A stretch of DNA of 64,000 nt. It comes from Piromyces finnis finn (Eukaryota > Fungi > Neocallimastigomycota). Position 1 is the stretch's first letter. The number at the start of each line of letters is the position of its first letter. The notes beneath the pieces were generated by a model. That model saw only the letters and a program-made list of their open reading frames with translations. It did no database searches and was not told the DNA's origin. The stretch spans positions 620,001 through 684,000 of the forward strand of contig MCFH01000021.1 of the NCBI GenBank assembly GCA_002104945.1, written 5' to 3'. The translations under genes were made by a program, and so were the position numbers. Shown here one piece after another: positions 47,752 through 62,160 of this stretch.

Positions 47752-48882
47752 TGTTCTTTTTAATTGATTTATCAATGAAAACTATATTTAATAATATTGA
47801 TATTCATGTTACTTTCTTCTAAAAATACATATGAATATTTTAATTACTTTAACATGAAAACAATACTTTAAAAAAATAATAATTTCAATCCTGTGTTAGT
47901 AATTTAATTAATTATAAACCATTTTAATGTTAATGCTAACTTTAATAGTTTATGAAATAAAACAAATTATCAAAATCTTAATCTCAAAATCCAATTTTAT
48001 TGATTCATTGATAAAAATTCAAAATTTATATTTTACAAGCTTTTAAAAAATATAATATTAATAATATTAATAGGTTGAGTTGAGAAATATAAAAGTAAAA
48101 TATAAAATTTAAAATGGTAAATTTTTTACAAATTACCAATTTTTCATATGTAAAAATAACTATCTAAAAAATTTCATAAAAATATAATATTTTTTTTAAT
48201 TCTTTTAAAAATTAGCCTTTACAAATTCATTTTATATATTAGTTAAGAAATATATAAGTTATATAATTTATTTTAATTAATATGAAAAGTCAATTAATAG
48301 ATATAAAATAAAAAATATAAAAAAAAAAAAATAGTAGTATATATTTTTTAGTATATGCTTCAGATCTATTTTTTAAGTTTTTTTTTATAAAGTTTTAAAT
48401 AATAATTAACAGTAAACAACATTATCAATTTTATTTATTTCTTTTATTCATTTTTGACCAAAATTTTATTAATTAAAGTGTATTTGGATTTTATTAATTT
48501 GATAATTTCTAGTTTATTAATAATTTTAGTATATATACTTTCTTATCTGTCTATCACTTGCAACTTATATCAAACAACATAAAAAAAAAAATACACCAAT
48601 ACTAAAATTATATCTAAAGATAAAATAGAGTATCATACTAATTAATAAAAAAATATTGTAAAGTATAACCAGCTTTATTAATTATATATCTAAAAAATAG
48701 TACAGCAAAATTATAAAAAATTGTTATTCATCTTAATTTTTAAAATATAACTATTAAAAACCATCATTATCAATTGAAATAAATCACCCTTTTTATTTTA
48801 ATAATTTCATACTAGTTTATATATATTTAGATAAAGGTATATAAATTGAATAATTCAAAATTATAAAGCAATTATATATCCT

Positions 48883-48921
<39 letters not shown>

Positions 48922-50612
48922 TAAAATACTTTTATGAATGGTACATCTATATTGTTAAGTATATATTATTAAAATTAAATTTATATATTAAAAATTTATA
49001 AATTTTATTTAATGTTTTTTATTTAAATATCAATCAACATTATTTAAGGAGGACATTGTTAATATTAAATTCTTAATGATATAGAACTATACTAATAAAT
49101 CAAATAAAAGCATTAATAATTTAGTTTTTGTGTTTTACTCATTAAATTTCATTAGGATTACATATTTTCATGCTTATAATAATATTATATATTATATTTC
49201 TTTTATTTAAACATAAACAATCATAAAGAATTTTTAACCTTTTTACTAAATTCTCATTATTATTAATTACCTTTTTATTGGAAATTCAATATATAACTTG
49301 ATTAATTTTAATAAAAAAAAAAGTTTTAAATATATTTTTAATCCAAAATGTCACTTTTTCTCATTAAAATGGTATCTATAAATATTAATAGTAGAATTAA
49401 GGATAAATAATATTATTGAGTAAAATTAATACTCTGATAAAGAATAAAATTAATATTATTAATATAATAATAAGGGTTTATATAATATATTAATTTATGT
49501 TTTTCTCCAAATATACAAAATAATTATATTTATATAATACTAATTTTTAATTTTAAGTCATTGTGACATTTTCACATTTGTACCATAAACACATAGGATA
49601 AAGTTAGTTTAATGATCATTTATATTTTATTTTAATTTTATTTTAATTTTCTCACAATATCACAATATCATATTTATTAATTTTACAACCTTTTTTTATT
49701 AAATATTTTATGAAGTTTATTGATTAATGATAAAATGATAATGATTCATTTGATATATACTAAAGCCACCCAATAGGATTATTTACAAATACTTTTTAAT
49801 TTTAAATAAAAAATGCCATAAACCTTAAATATCAATATTAGTATATTAAAAAAAAAGTATACCACCAACCGCTTTTAAATATATTAAAAATTTTATTTTA
49901 TTTCTTTTTACTAACTTCTTTTCATATTATTATCATTATTAATACTATGATACAATGATACAATGATACAAAATATATTCATTATATTGAAAAATATAAA
50001 TATTTATTATATAATTTATATTTGTGGAAAATATATATTTATTTTAATTATGTTCATAATATAAATTTTATTATAATTAAGATTAATATTACTTTTCTTT
50101 TAATATGAGAATAGGTGATGTTTATTTTGTATTTTGAAATATTAAACATAATTGTTCCTGTTATACTTATAAATCCTTATTGTGAATAAATTATGTAATT
50201 AAAATGTGTAGTTTTTATTAAATATTTAAATAAGATTATAAGATGGGAAATAATCAAAAAAAATTTCCATTTAAAATTTATTAAAAAAAAAAAAAGTTAA
50301 TTAATATAGTTGAAAAAAGGATCATTATTATTAATAATAAAAGCTAATTAATAATTAAATAAATTATTTCCCTTAATAATATATTTAGCTATATCAATTT
50401 AATTAACTTTCATTTATATCAATTTCCTTTTTAAAAATTATAATTTATAATAATATTTTATTTTTTTATATAAATACATTAATTTTCTTTTCTTTTCTTT
50501 TTATATGTATATTCTTTTAGAATAAAATATATTTTCACTGGTTGAAAATATTAATAAAACTAAATAAAAATAAAAAAATAAATATATTTTTGTAATTCTA
50601 TTATTTCCTAAA

Positions 50613-51809
50613 ATGAAATTTTCTTTTGCTTTATTAATTGCTTCCTTGGCTTATTCTGCTGATGCATATGAACTCTTAAAAGATTACGCAAAAAATATAA
50701 AAATTGGCGTGGCTGCTAACACTATAAAATTTAATAATCCGAGCTATGTAAATGCTTTAAAAGCTTTTAATTACATGGTTGCCGAAAATGGTTGTAAGCT
50801 CTCTGGAATTCAACAACAAAAAGGCGTTTATAATTTTAGTGACTGCGATTCTCACTATAATAAAGCTAAAGAATTAGGTATGGCGTTTAGAGGACATTGT
50901 TTAATTTGGCACTCTTATCAACCCTCTTGGTTTGAAAATGCCGATGCTAATACCTTAAAAAATGCGATAGTAGATCATATTACAAAAACATTACAACATT
51001 ATTCTGGTAAAATTGACGCTTGGGATGTCGTTAATGAAGCTATTGATGATGGTTCAAACGGAAATGGTTGGAAGATGCGTAATTCTTTCCTTTATCAAAA
51101 GGTTCCAAATTTTGTTGATTTAGCTTTCCAAACTGCAAGAAAAGTTTCACCAAATACTAAACTTTTCTATAATGATTATAATGCAGAAGGACAGTTTCCA
51201 AAGTCTGAATCAATTTACAACTTTGTTGCAGATTTAAAGAAGCGTGGTATTCCAATTGATGGTGTTGGTTTACAATATCATGTTAGTTCACAATCTCAAC
51301 CAACTTATGACAAAATCAATAATTTGATCTCACGTTATTGTAAGTTAGGACTTGAAGTTCATATCACTGAACTTGATGTAAAGCTACAAGGTAATCAAAA
51401 TGGACAAACTCAAGCATATACTAATGCTTTAAAAGCCTGTCTTGCTAATTCATGTTGCAAAGCATTCCTTGTATGGGGAGTTGGTGATAATGATAGTTGG
51501 TTAGGATCAAGTGAAAAAGCGTTATTATTTGACGGAAATTACCAACCTAAAGATATTTATACAACTCTTTTAAATATTTTAAAGGGAGGAAATGGATCTA
51601 ATGCTACAGCAAATAACAATAACAATAACAACAATAACAATAATAATAATAATAACAACAATAACAATAATAATAACAACAACAATAATAATAATGGATC
51701 CTGTGCTGCTAAATGGGCTCAATGTGGTGGCCAAAACTTTAATGGACCAAAATGTTGTAAAGAAGGTACATGTAAAGCCTTAAACCAATGGTATTCTCAA
51801 TGCCAGTAA
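50613..51809 (+). CDS. Secreted GH10 endo-1,4-beta-xylanase with poly-Asn linker and CBM1; intronless
   Basis: Signal peptide; GH10 motifs [34 protein letters not shown]; 28 consecutive Asn (51612-51695); CBM1 [19 protein letters not shown]...WYSQC. Confidence 0.96.
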   Translation: MKFSFALLIASLAYSADAYELLKDYAKNIKIGVAANTIKFNNPSYVNALKAFNYMVAENGCKLSGIQQQKGVYNFSDCDSHYNKAKELGMAFRGHCLIWHSYQPSWFENADANTLKNAIVDHITKTLQHYSGKIDAWDVVNEAIDDGSNGNGWKMRNSFLYQKVPNFVDLAFQTARKVSPNTKLFYNDYNAEGQFPKSESIYNFVADLKKRGIPIDGVGLQYHVSSQSQPTYDKINNLISRYCKLGLEVHITELDVKLQGNQNGQTQAYTNALKACLANSCCKAFLVWGVGDNDSWLGSSEKALLFDGNYQPKDIYTTLLNILKGGNGSNATANNNNNNNNNNNNNNNNNNNNNNNNNNNNGSCAAKWAQCGGQNFNGPKCCKEGTCKALNQWYSQCQ

Positions 51810-52099
51810 ATATGTATATTTATGTATAAAACAGCTTTAATTAATAATTATTATTATAAGTATACAAATTTTAATAATAAATAAACTTAAATAAACTATG
51901 GATATGTAAATAAAAAGAAAAAAAAAAGATAACAAAAAAAGAATAATATCTATATTATATTATTATAACAAAAATAATTGTAATTACTATAAATAATAAA
52001 TAATATAAATGAAATAATTATATTTAGTATGTATTATAATAAAGTGTTTTTGTTTTTGTTTTTTTTTTTTGTTACCTCTGCTTTAAATTTTATTAAAAA

Positions 52100-52208
<109 letters not shown>

Positions 52209-52540
52209 ATCATATAAAGGAATTAAAATAAAAATGGTGTAATTATTTTAAAAAAAACATTTAAATTATTTAATTAAAATAAAGGTATTCATTGGGTAAT
52301 AAATAATAAAGATTTTGGTGTAACAATTATTTTTATTCCTTTTAAAAATATAAAAATTATTATGTAATTTTTTTATAAAAAAAAAATATAATGATTAAAC
52401 ATCGTATCATTAGTAATTATCCTATTTAAATTATTTTTTGTATAAAAACTAAAATATTTTCTTAATTTTAACTACATAAATATATAATATTTTATATTTT
52501 ATAATCTATACTAAAAATTAATTAGATTTTTTGTTTTGAA

Positions 52541-53319
52541 ATGAACCAAACCATTTTTTATCTTTATTTCTTTTATTATTTAGTAATACCCTCCAATGGA
52601 TTTTTGTTTTTCAATAAAAGAATACCAAATAATGAAAATAAGTTTGAAAAAAAACAATTAGTATCAGAAGAATCAAACAAAGAAATAAAATATAATAATT
52701 TATATTTAATGTCGAAAAGATATGAAGACTTTTTAAGTGACAACTATGGAATTCAACATGAAAACATAAACCATGATGTTATGACTGGTATATTTATATA
52801 TATAATTAGAATAATTAGAATATATTATTATTATAATTGATATAATTAAATTATTAATAAATAAAAAATATGTAATATATTGATATTAACTATGATATAT
52901 GATATATATAACATATATAACATAATATTAACTAGATTTTGATATAGCCATTAATCCAAGTAATATTGATGCTGAATACGTTAATATTTATAATCGAGCA
53001 ATTAACTCCTTTAATAAATATACATCTAAAGAAGATTGTTTTCAGAATTCAATTAAAACACTCAAATATGGATGTCTTGAGATGGAACTAGATGATAACA
53101 AAAAAATGGAATGTAAATATTTTTATAATTAATTATCGAAATAATGTATTAAATGAATTAATGAATAAAATTAAATGTATCTTTTCAATAATAAACCTTA
53201 ATAATATCAGATGCTGTTGAATTAACTTTATGTGAATTAACATCAGCAAATATTTCAATACCAACTGAGTGTCAAAATAATTATAAAACAAGAAATATGG
53301 CTAAATGTGTTGAGTAAAT

Positions 53320-53356
<37 letters not shown>

Positions 53357-55414
53357 TAAGAAAGTATATTTATAGTATATTTATTAACTATATACTTATT
53401 TATTATTTATTATATAAAATAGAACAATATCTAGATATAATCAACTATGGACTTCATATAGTGGTTACTTTAAAGATGTTGGTATGTTTTGAATAAAATA
53501 ATTAGTATGTATTTATTGTCATATTTTTCTCATAACATATAATATCAATTTTCTGTTATTATATAGTAAATATGTGTTATGCAATTAGATATCCATTAGA
53601 AAGAAATTTATTACAAAATATTCATAGGAATATTACAAAGTACCAATTTAATAATATGCATGTAATTGCTTCACTTTATAAGAGAGAATTTCTAAAAATT
53701 ATTGAAATATCAGAAGATTATGAAGTAATTAAAACTAGTATCATAAATAATTACAATTGAATTAAATATAAATATTTAAAAGTTGTGTACTAATATATTA
53801 TATAATATAAAATATTAAATACATTTTAAATAATAAAAGAAAAAAAGTCATTTGAATACATTAAATGCAATTAATTTTATGAAAAAAATGAATTCTAATA
53901 TGGAATCCTTAAATATTTCATATGATAATTTAATAAATAAACATAATAATATGGAAGAAAAAACTCAAAAATTGTTTCAAACTATTAATAATTCGCAGCA
54001 GGTAAAAAATATGCAAAACATTTTAAATAAATATTTATTTCTAATTATAATATTTTTATATTTTCATATATATATATGTATACCTATAGGAATGGAATGA
54101 CTTTTCTGGAAAGTTTACCTTTAAATTGGAAAATATAATTCAATTAGTAAAAGTAAATATTTATAATTTTAAATAATATAATATATAAAGATTACATTTT
54201 TTAATTGATTTTTTATATAAAAAAGGACTATGAAACTATTTGGAACAATAATATAACTATTATTTCTAAAGTAAGATATATTATTGTAAAAAAAAAAATA
54301 ATCTAAATTACTAATATATTATAATCTGAAATAAAAGAATTTAGATGGAATCAAACTATCGTTAAATGAAATTGAAATGAAAAAAGATAGTATAGTTCTT
54401 ATTGTCAACATGATTCAAAATTTATTTTATAAGATTATAGGTATTTAAAATGGTTTTAATTTTTATATGAGAAATATATATATACATCTAATACTTCAAA
54501 ATGATCATTAATAAAAATGTTATACTTTCAAAATACATTATAGTTTTAATGAAAAATAAAGGTGTATTTCTTTTTACAAATATATCTTTATTAACTTTTT
54601 CATTAATTTTTAGTTCTATTTCAGTTTTAAGATATATAAGAAATGTATTACTAATAGGTATTAATTTATAATGTTTTATTTATAATCATTGTTTTATATG
54701 TTTATTTTATCTAATACTATTATTTCAATTAAACTAAACTATTATAGGAAACATTGTTAATATTGGGATTATTTATTTATTATCAAGTAAAAAAAATTTA
54801 GATGAAATTATTGATGTTTGTAAAAAAGTAAGTATTATATTTAGTAAGAATCATATTTAGGTTTCATAATATTGTATTAACAATATATTAACAATATATT
54901 GTATTAACATAATATAAATGTATATTATATATTTTAAATAAAAAGAATATTCTAATTCATATGGGTGTTGCAATTATTATTAAAATATTTATATTAATTA
55001 TAAATATAATAAAAGACGAAATGTATAAAAACTTTTTTAATAAGACTAAAAAATATAATGAAGCTCTTACTTTATTGGAAGAGCAAAGTATTTGTATTAA
55101 AAATTTATCTACTACTAATTCAGCTAAAAGAATTGATTATCCAGACTATTATAATGAAAAAAAATTAAAATCTGATATAAGCAATAAAAGTTCTAATTTT
55201 TCAAAACTAACAAGGTAGTATAATATGTAATTCTCATTTATTTATTATAATTCAACTAATTTATTAATGCTTTATTATATTAAATAGTGTTTATCATCAA
55301 AAAATATATTATCCAAAGAAATATTACAAGATTCCTACCAATATATTAAATAATAATTCAATTTCCATTTCCTCTTATTCTATTTCTCAATCCAATTTTA
55401 AAAAGAATTATTGA
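52541..55414 (+). CDS. KAR5: Kar5/Tht1/GEX1/Brambleberry-family nuclear membrane fusion protein (multi-exon)
   Basis: Signal-peptide-like N-terminus. Exons 52936-53112, 53211-53313, 53423-53481 and from 53567 splice to the Cys-rich domain CFQNSIKTLKYGC...YAVELTLCELTSANISIPTEC...KCVETISRYNQLWTSYSGYFKDVVNMCY. Then coiled-coil exons and hydrophobic segments (GVFLFTNISLLTFSLIFSSISVL, VLLIGNIVNIGIIYLL). The middle exon boundaries are partly uncertain. Confidence 0.78.
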
Positions 55415-56292
55415 ATGATACTAATGTAAAATGAAAAAAAAAAAGCAAAATTTATAATTCCTAACCCTTTCATTTTATTTTTAAATAATTTAAATAGACA
55501 TATATTATTTTAATTAAAAATGTTCCTGTAAAATTAAAAATTTAATCTAATTTATTAATATAATACAATGATAGGATTTAAAGTTTATAATAAAAATTAT
55601 TATTATATTTTAAAGTTTAATAAAAAAAAAGGACAAAATATAAAATTTTAAAAATAAATATATATTTAATTATTAATTATTGATAAGAAACATTTTTTTA
55701 TTTAGTGTTTAATCTAATGAAATAATTAATATGCAAAAAAAAAAAAAAAAAAGTTTTGAATTAAATAGAATATATACATTATGTATAATATTAAAAAACT
55801 TGATTTTATTTTTTATTATTTTTTAATTGTATTATTTTATAAGTTTAAACATAAAAAAATTAAATAAATAGTTGAAGAATAAGAAACTATTTCATAATCT
55901 AATCCTTAACAACAAATTATAATCATATGCTTAAATATATAAATGATAATATAACATATATATATGTATAAATTTTTTTGTCTTTTAAAAATTGGAAATT
56001 GTTATCTTTAATATAATATTTTATTTAAATATTGTTGTTGGTAACCCAATAAATTAATTATTTGAGTGGATAGGAATAAATGGAAATATCAATTTTTAAT
56101 ATATAAAAAAAAGAAAAGAGAACTTATTTTTTTTAACTATTATATTGAAAAATAAAATATCAAAAAAAAAAAAAAAATACAATAAAAAAAAAATAATAAT
56201 AATATCAACAACAACAACAATAATAATAACAATAACAATAACAATAATATCAATAAATAGCTTAAAAGAATATATATTAATCTCATATTTAC

Positions 56293-56323
<31 letters not shown>

Positions 56324-56602
56324 ACTACATATGTTTATTTTTATCTGTATTTATTAAAAAAGAAATATATGTTTTTTTTTTGTATATATAATCTATAATT
56401 CTATATATACATTTTTAGAATAAAATAATATCATCTTTTTTGTCTCATATTATAAATTATTATACTAAGAAATATCAAAGTATAATTTTTATAATAAAAA
56501 CAATCATTTTAATGAAGAATGGAATATAAATCCAAATTGTAAAATAATTAAAACATAAATATTATTCAAAATTATTTTAAACTTATTTTCTATTTGAAAT
56601 TA

Positions 56603-56708
56603 CTGTTTATTTATTTAAGCATACATTATTATAAACAAACAATAATTCTGTTTACCTGTTTATTTATTTAAACATATATTATTGTAAACAAACAATAATT
56701 CTGTTTAC
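56603..56708. repeat. Tandem duplication of a 53-bp unit upstream of the WD40 gene
   Basis: CTGTTTATTTATTTAA...AAACAAACAATAATTCTGTTTAC starts at 56603 and 56656. Confidence 0.85.
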
Positions 56709-57209
56709 TCTTTTTTGACTAGCTGACTAAATTATATATAAATAATAATTAAATTAGAAATAAGAATTATTATATACCAAACTAATTATAATAGTAATAA
56801 AAGAAAATGAAAATTAAATTATAAATATATATATATATATTAAATAATAAAAATAAAAATAAAAATACATTAAAAAATAGATATTATTAAAATAATAAAT
56901 GTATAACAGTATAATACACTTTTTATATTCAAGAATTTGATTTACCTCAATTATAAATAATTCATCAATAAAAAAAAATAATCAATATTAAAAATTAATT
57001 CCTTTATTTTTTTTTATAAATGTTAAAAAACATATAAAATTAAAGTAAAGAAAAAAAAAATAAAACAAAACAAAAAAGAAAAAAAAAATAAAAAACAAAA
57101 AAACAAAACAAAACCAAAACCAAAAATAAACCGAAACAATAATAGTAACATATTTTTTTTTTACATTATTATAAGCAAAATCTATTAAATAATAAAATAT
57201 TCAATAATA

Positions 57210-60200
57210 ATGGATTCCGATAGTTCAGAAGCCTATTATGATGTTATAACAAACGAAGATTTTACGGTGGAAACAAAAATACATAATATAAGAGATTCTA
57301 TAAAGCGTTATTCAACAAATCCTTTAAATCTTTTAATAGAAAATAAAATAAAAAAACAGGTAAATATAAATATTAGTAAATATAAACACAATTAATATAT
57401 ATTATAAAATAAATTAAGTTTATTATTTTATTACAATATTCACTTATTTATTATTTTTGTTATTTATTGTTTAATTTAATTTTAATAATTGTATTTAAAA
57501 AATATATAATATAATAAAATATATAATGAATGAATAATATTAAATATAAAATTTAGATTGAAGATATAAGTGAAGAGAATAGCGGTGATGATAATGAAAA
57601 TTATGAAGATGAAATATTAAATCAAAAGGAAATTGAAGAGATAAAAAAATCATTATCTTCAATTAATATAGAAGAAGAGGAAGAAGAAGAGGAAGAAGAT
57701 AATGAAGAATCTATAATAAGTAATATAAAAGAATATCAAAATGATACAAATGATAATAATGAATTTTTGAATCCAGATTCCTCAATTATTAATAAAGATA
57801 ACTATGAATTAAATTGCAATGGAAGTGTACATAATACTATTAATTCGACTGAAAGTATAGAAGTATCTTTAGAAAAACTAGAGACCGAAATTGATAAGAA
57901 ATCAGTAAGTAAAAAAGGATGGTTCTTTAAAAAACCAAGGAGAAGATCGAAATCAAGTTTAAAACCAAAATACAATAGTGATGAAGCATTATATAAAAAT
58001 GAAGATGCTGATTTAGATATATTTGACAAATATTATTCTGTTGGACCAAAAAATACTATGAGAATTTCAATGTCATCGGATAATGTTAAAAGTATTAATT
58101 CACAAATGTTTGATAGTGTTAGTAGTATTAACTCTAGTGATTCTGATAAACATAATAATAAAAATTTGAAAGTTTCGAGTAGCAATAAAGATTCAGGAAG
58201 AAAACTATCTTCTGTATCAAAAAAAATCCTCTCCAATAAGAAAAAACATTCTAAATATGTAAACGTTAGAACGAAACATAAAACAGTAAAAGAGTTCAAT
58301 AGCTTAAGATTTATTCAGGAATTAGGAAAACTACCAACTAACATGTATCCAAATTCTAATGCTCAAGACCTAAATGTTAATTTAAATATGAATGCTGACG
58401 ATACATCATTAAATGAAAAAATAGGCGAAGGTTTAAAACTTGACAATGGTAGCTTTTCAAGTCAATCAAATTTTACTCCAATTAGTGAAATGAAAGATAT
58501 CGAAGGTCCTATTTGGGCATTAAGTTTTAGTAAAAATGGAAAATATTTAGCAAGTGGTGGACAGGATATGATTATTCGTGTTTGGATCCTATATTCTGAA
58601 GTTCAAGATTATTTATCATCACCAGATATAAATGATACCAAACAAAATCTCATGAAAAAAAAGAAGATTTCTCCAGTTTTCAGAAGCTATCCATATCGTT
58701 ACTATCGTGGTCATACATCAGATATTTTGGATTTATCTTGGTCAAAGACAGATTTTTTAATTTCATCATCAATGGACAAAACAGTACGTTTATGGCATGT
58801 AATGCATAATGAATGTTTAAGAATTTTTCAACATGAAGATTTTGTAACCTCAATTCGATTCCATCCAAAGGATGATCGCTATTTCTTAAGTGGATCTCTT
58901 GATTCAAAAATTCGTTTATGGTCAATTCAAGAAGAAAAAGTAGTATACTGGAACGATCTATCAAATGACCAATTAATTACTTCTGTAGGTTTTTCCCAAG
59001 ATGGTTCATTTGCTATTGCTGGAACTTTCCAAGGGGATGCTATATTTTATGAATTTGAAAAACTTAAATATAATACCCAAATTAAGGTTTGTAATCCTAA
59101 AGTTCAAAAGAAAATTACTGGTATAGAACCTTATCCACGTATGACGTCTGGTCCAGATAGTGTTCTATTCACTACTACAGATTCACGTATAAGACTTTTC
59201 CAGCTTGATGATAAGAGTTGTTCAAAGGAATATAAGGGTTTGACAAATAAAAGTGGACAAATTAAAGCTAGTTTTAGTGATGATGGTAAATATATTATAT
59301 GTGGAAGTGAAGATCGACAAGTGTATATTTGGAATGTTGAACCACCACAAACATCTCGTCGTGAAATGGTTGAAAAATTACAAAATATTATAAGAGGGAG
59401 AGATGCAATGACTATTAATACGTATGAAACATTTGTTGCTAGTAATAGTGCGGTGACCGCAACAGTTTTTGCGCCTCAAAGAACGAGAATTATTTTAGAA
59501 ACAGCAAATCTTCGTGAAAGTAAAATTGCACATATGAGTGTTCATACTGTAATGAAGAATAGAAGTACAAAACTTAAGATAGCTAATCCTGCGGATATTG
59601 TTAAAAATGTTGCAAAACCAGAAAAGAAAAGAAATAATGCTGTTGGAATGATTATTGTATCAGCAGATTTTAATGGACGTATAAGAGTATTTGAAAATGT
59701 TATTAAACCACCAAAACGAGATGATAAAAAAGGATTCCCATCTTTTCATAGTGAAGGTAATTTAGCTGCTTTAACTAATAGAAAAGCGTCTGTAGATGAA
59801 ACTCAAAGTTATAATAGAATATTCTCAAAAAAGAATAAAACAAATGTATTGAATAATTTGCCTTATAGTAGATCTCAAGAGTTTGGAAATTATAATAGTG
59901 GTAATAGTAGTGTATGTAGTTCACCTTATCATAGAAGACCTGCTAGAGCATATTCTCAAAGTAGTATGACAAATAGTTTAATGGACGAACAATATAATGA
60001 TATCAACAGAAGTCCATATATTATGAAATCATCGATGTCAGTTAATATGGTAAATTTACCACGAGGAAATAGTAGTGCTTCAATTAATTTTGAGAATCAA
60101 GATTCACTTTCTTATTCAAATGATCAAAATAGTTCGTTTAGTGTTTGTCAACATTGTAACTGTGCTCACTCTCACAAATACAGTTGTCCATATAATGGAA

Positions 60201-60541
60201 ATACAACTCCATCCATAAACGAAAATATGACATTAACTGCAGGCAATGCAAATAATGTGAATAATATTGTAATGCTACCACCTTCTTCTATTTCAGCGAT
60301 GGATAATTCCTATGATGATTCATCTCGACAAAATTCGCAACCTACATCACCAACACCGACAGATAATAATAATAATAATAATAATAATGAGAACAACAAT
60401 AATACGGCGGAAATAACTGATGACGAATTAAAGTGTAGTGAATGTGGTATGAATAAATTTAAATTATTTAAAGATGGTAAAGTTAAATGTGTTAATTGTA
60501 TGAATGAATATGCAATGAAATATTCAATGCCTGTTAATTGA
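57210..60541 (+). CDS. WDR44: WD40-repeat protein, WDR44/Rab11BP (yeast Dgr2/Ymr102c) family
   Basis: Exon 57210-57359, GT-AG intron, exon 57557-60541 in frame. Motifs GPIWALSFSKNGKYLASGGQD, YRGHTSDILDLSWSK, SSSMDKTVRLWH, FQHEDFVTSIRFHPKDDRYFLSGSLD. Confidence 0.85.
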
Positions 60542-60934
60542 TAACATTTCTAAATATTATTAATTAGAATACCTATTTTTTATTTAATTTTATTTAAATT
60601 GAATAAAAATATTATTTAAAAGAATTTTTTTTTTCTTTTGAATTATAATAAAGTAAAAATTTAATTTAATAAATGTATTAATGTTTTAAATAAAAAATAT
60701 TTAAATTAAAAATTCAAGATCCTATTTAAAAAAAATTGCTATTTCGTTGTTAAAAATAGTATTAAATATATAATATTTATTTATATTATACATAGAATAA
60801 TTAACTTTAAATATAATTGATTGGATAAAATTAAATAAGAAAAACTTTAACCATATTATAAAAAAATCAAAAAAAAAAAAAAAAAAAAAAAAATATTAAA
60901 AAAAATAGTTGGTTAAAAAGTTTAAATAAATAAA

Positions 60935-62160
60935 ATGGATAGAGGAAAAAGACTTAAAATGAAGTTAAATAAAGATAAATTAAAGAAACAATTACAAAAG
61001 AGTCAGGAATTAAAAACAACCATTCAACAAAATTCTTCCAATAATAAAAAAGAAAAGTCAAAAATTAACAAAGCATTAGTAAAGAAAATTGTTGAACAAG
61101 AAAATAAAAAGAAAGAAATTTCTAATAGTGATAATTTGACACCCTTACAACAAAAATTTAAAAAGAAGTTAGCAGGAGCACAATTTCGTTGGATTAATGA
61201 ACAATTATATACACTTGATTCTAAACATGCTTATAAATTAATAAATGATAAGCCTGAATTATTTACAATTGTAAGTTAAAATTTTAATTTTTCCTGTTTA
61301 AATATAAATATATATTTTCCATGTTATTATTAATGATTAATTTTAAAATATATATATTTTTTATATATTTATACCATTATGTTATTTATATTTAATACGG
61401 CGGATAAATAATTATTTAATATATTATATAATATAAATATATACAATTTTAAATGGCAAAAATAATGAATATTAGTATCATGAAGGTTTTCGTTCTCAAG
61501 TAGAATCATGGCCTTCAAACCCAGTTGATATTTTTATACAAAAAATAAAACAAAAGAAAGGACCTATTGTTGTAGCTGATATGGGTTGTGGCGATGCTAA
61601 AATTGCTCAAACTTTTGAAAATGACGAGCAAAAAACTATTCATTCTTTTGATTTAATTTCTGAAAACAAATATGTAACTGCTTGTGATATATCAAAGACA
61701 CCTTTAAAAAAAAATTCAGTAGACATTGTTATATTTTGTTTATCACTTATGGGAATTAACTTTATACAATTTTTAAATGAAGCATATCGTATATTAAAGC
61801 CAGGGTAAATAGTCTTATTATTTTACTTTATTAAATATTTTATAGTAATACTTTAATAATAAACAAAATACTTATTTGTTAAAATATATTTTATTTATTT
61901 AATAAATAAAAAAAAAAAAAAAAATTAGAGGTGAATTAAAAATAGCTGAAGTTGTAAGTCGATTTACAGATATGAAAGAATTTATTGCAACATTAAATGA
62001 TATGGGATTTAAATTAATGAAGAAAAATGATAAGAATAAAATGTTTGTTTTATTTGAATTTAAAAAGTTAGAAAAGAAAGAAGTTCAATCAAAAAAGAAT
62101 ATAAACAAAGATGAAAGTGAAAAAGTTTTATTAAAACCATGTTTATATAAAAAGCGTTAA
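60935..62160 (+). CDS. RRP8: 25S rRNA adenine-N1 methyltransferase Rrp8 (nucleomethylin)
   Basis: Exons 60935-61270, 61476-61804 and 61929-62160 splice in frame. Motifs LAGAQFRWINEQLYT, YHEGFRSQVESWPSNPVD, VADMGCGDAKIA, IFCLSLMG, IAEVVSRF. Confidence 0.93.
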
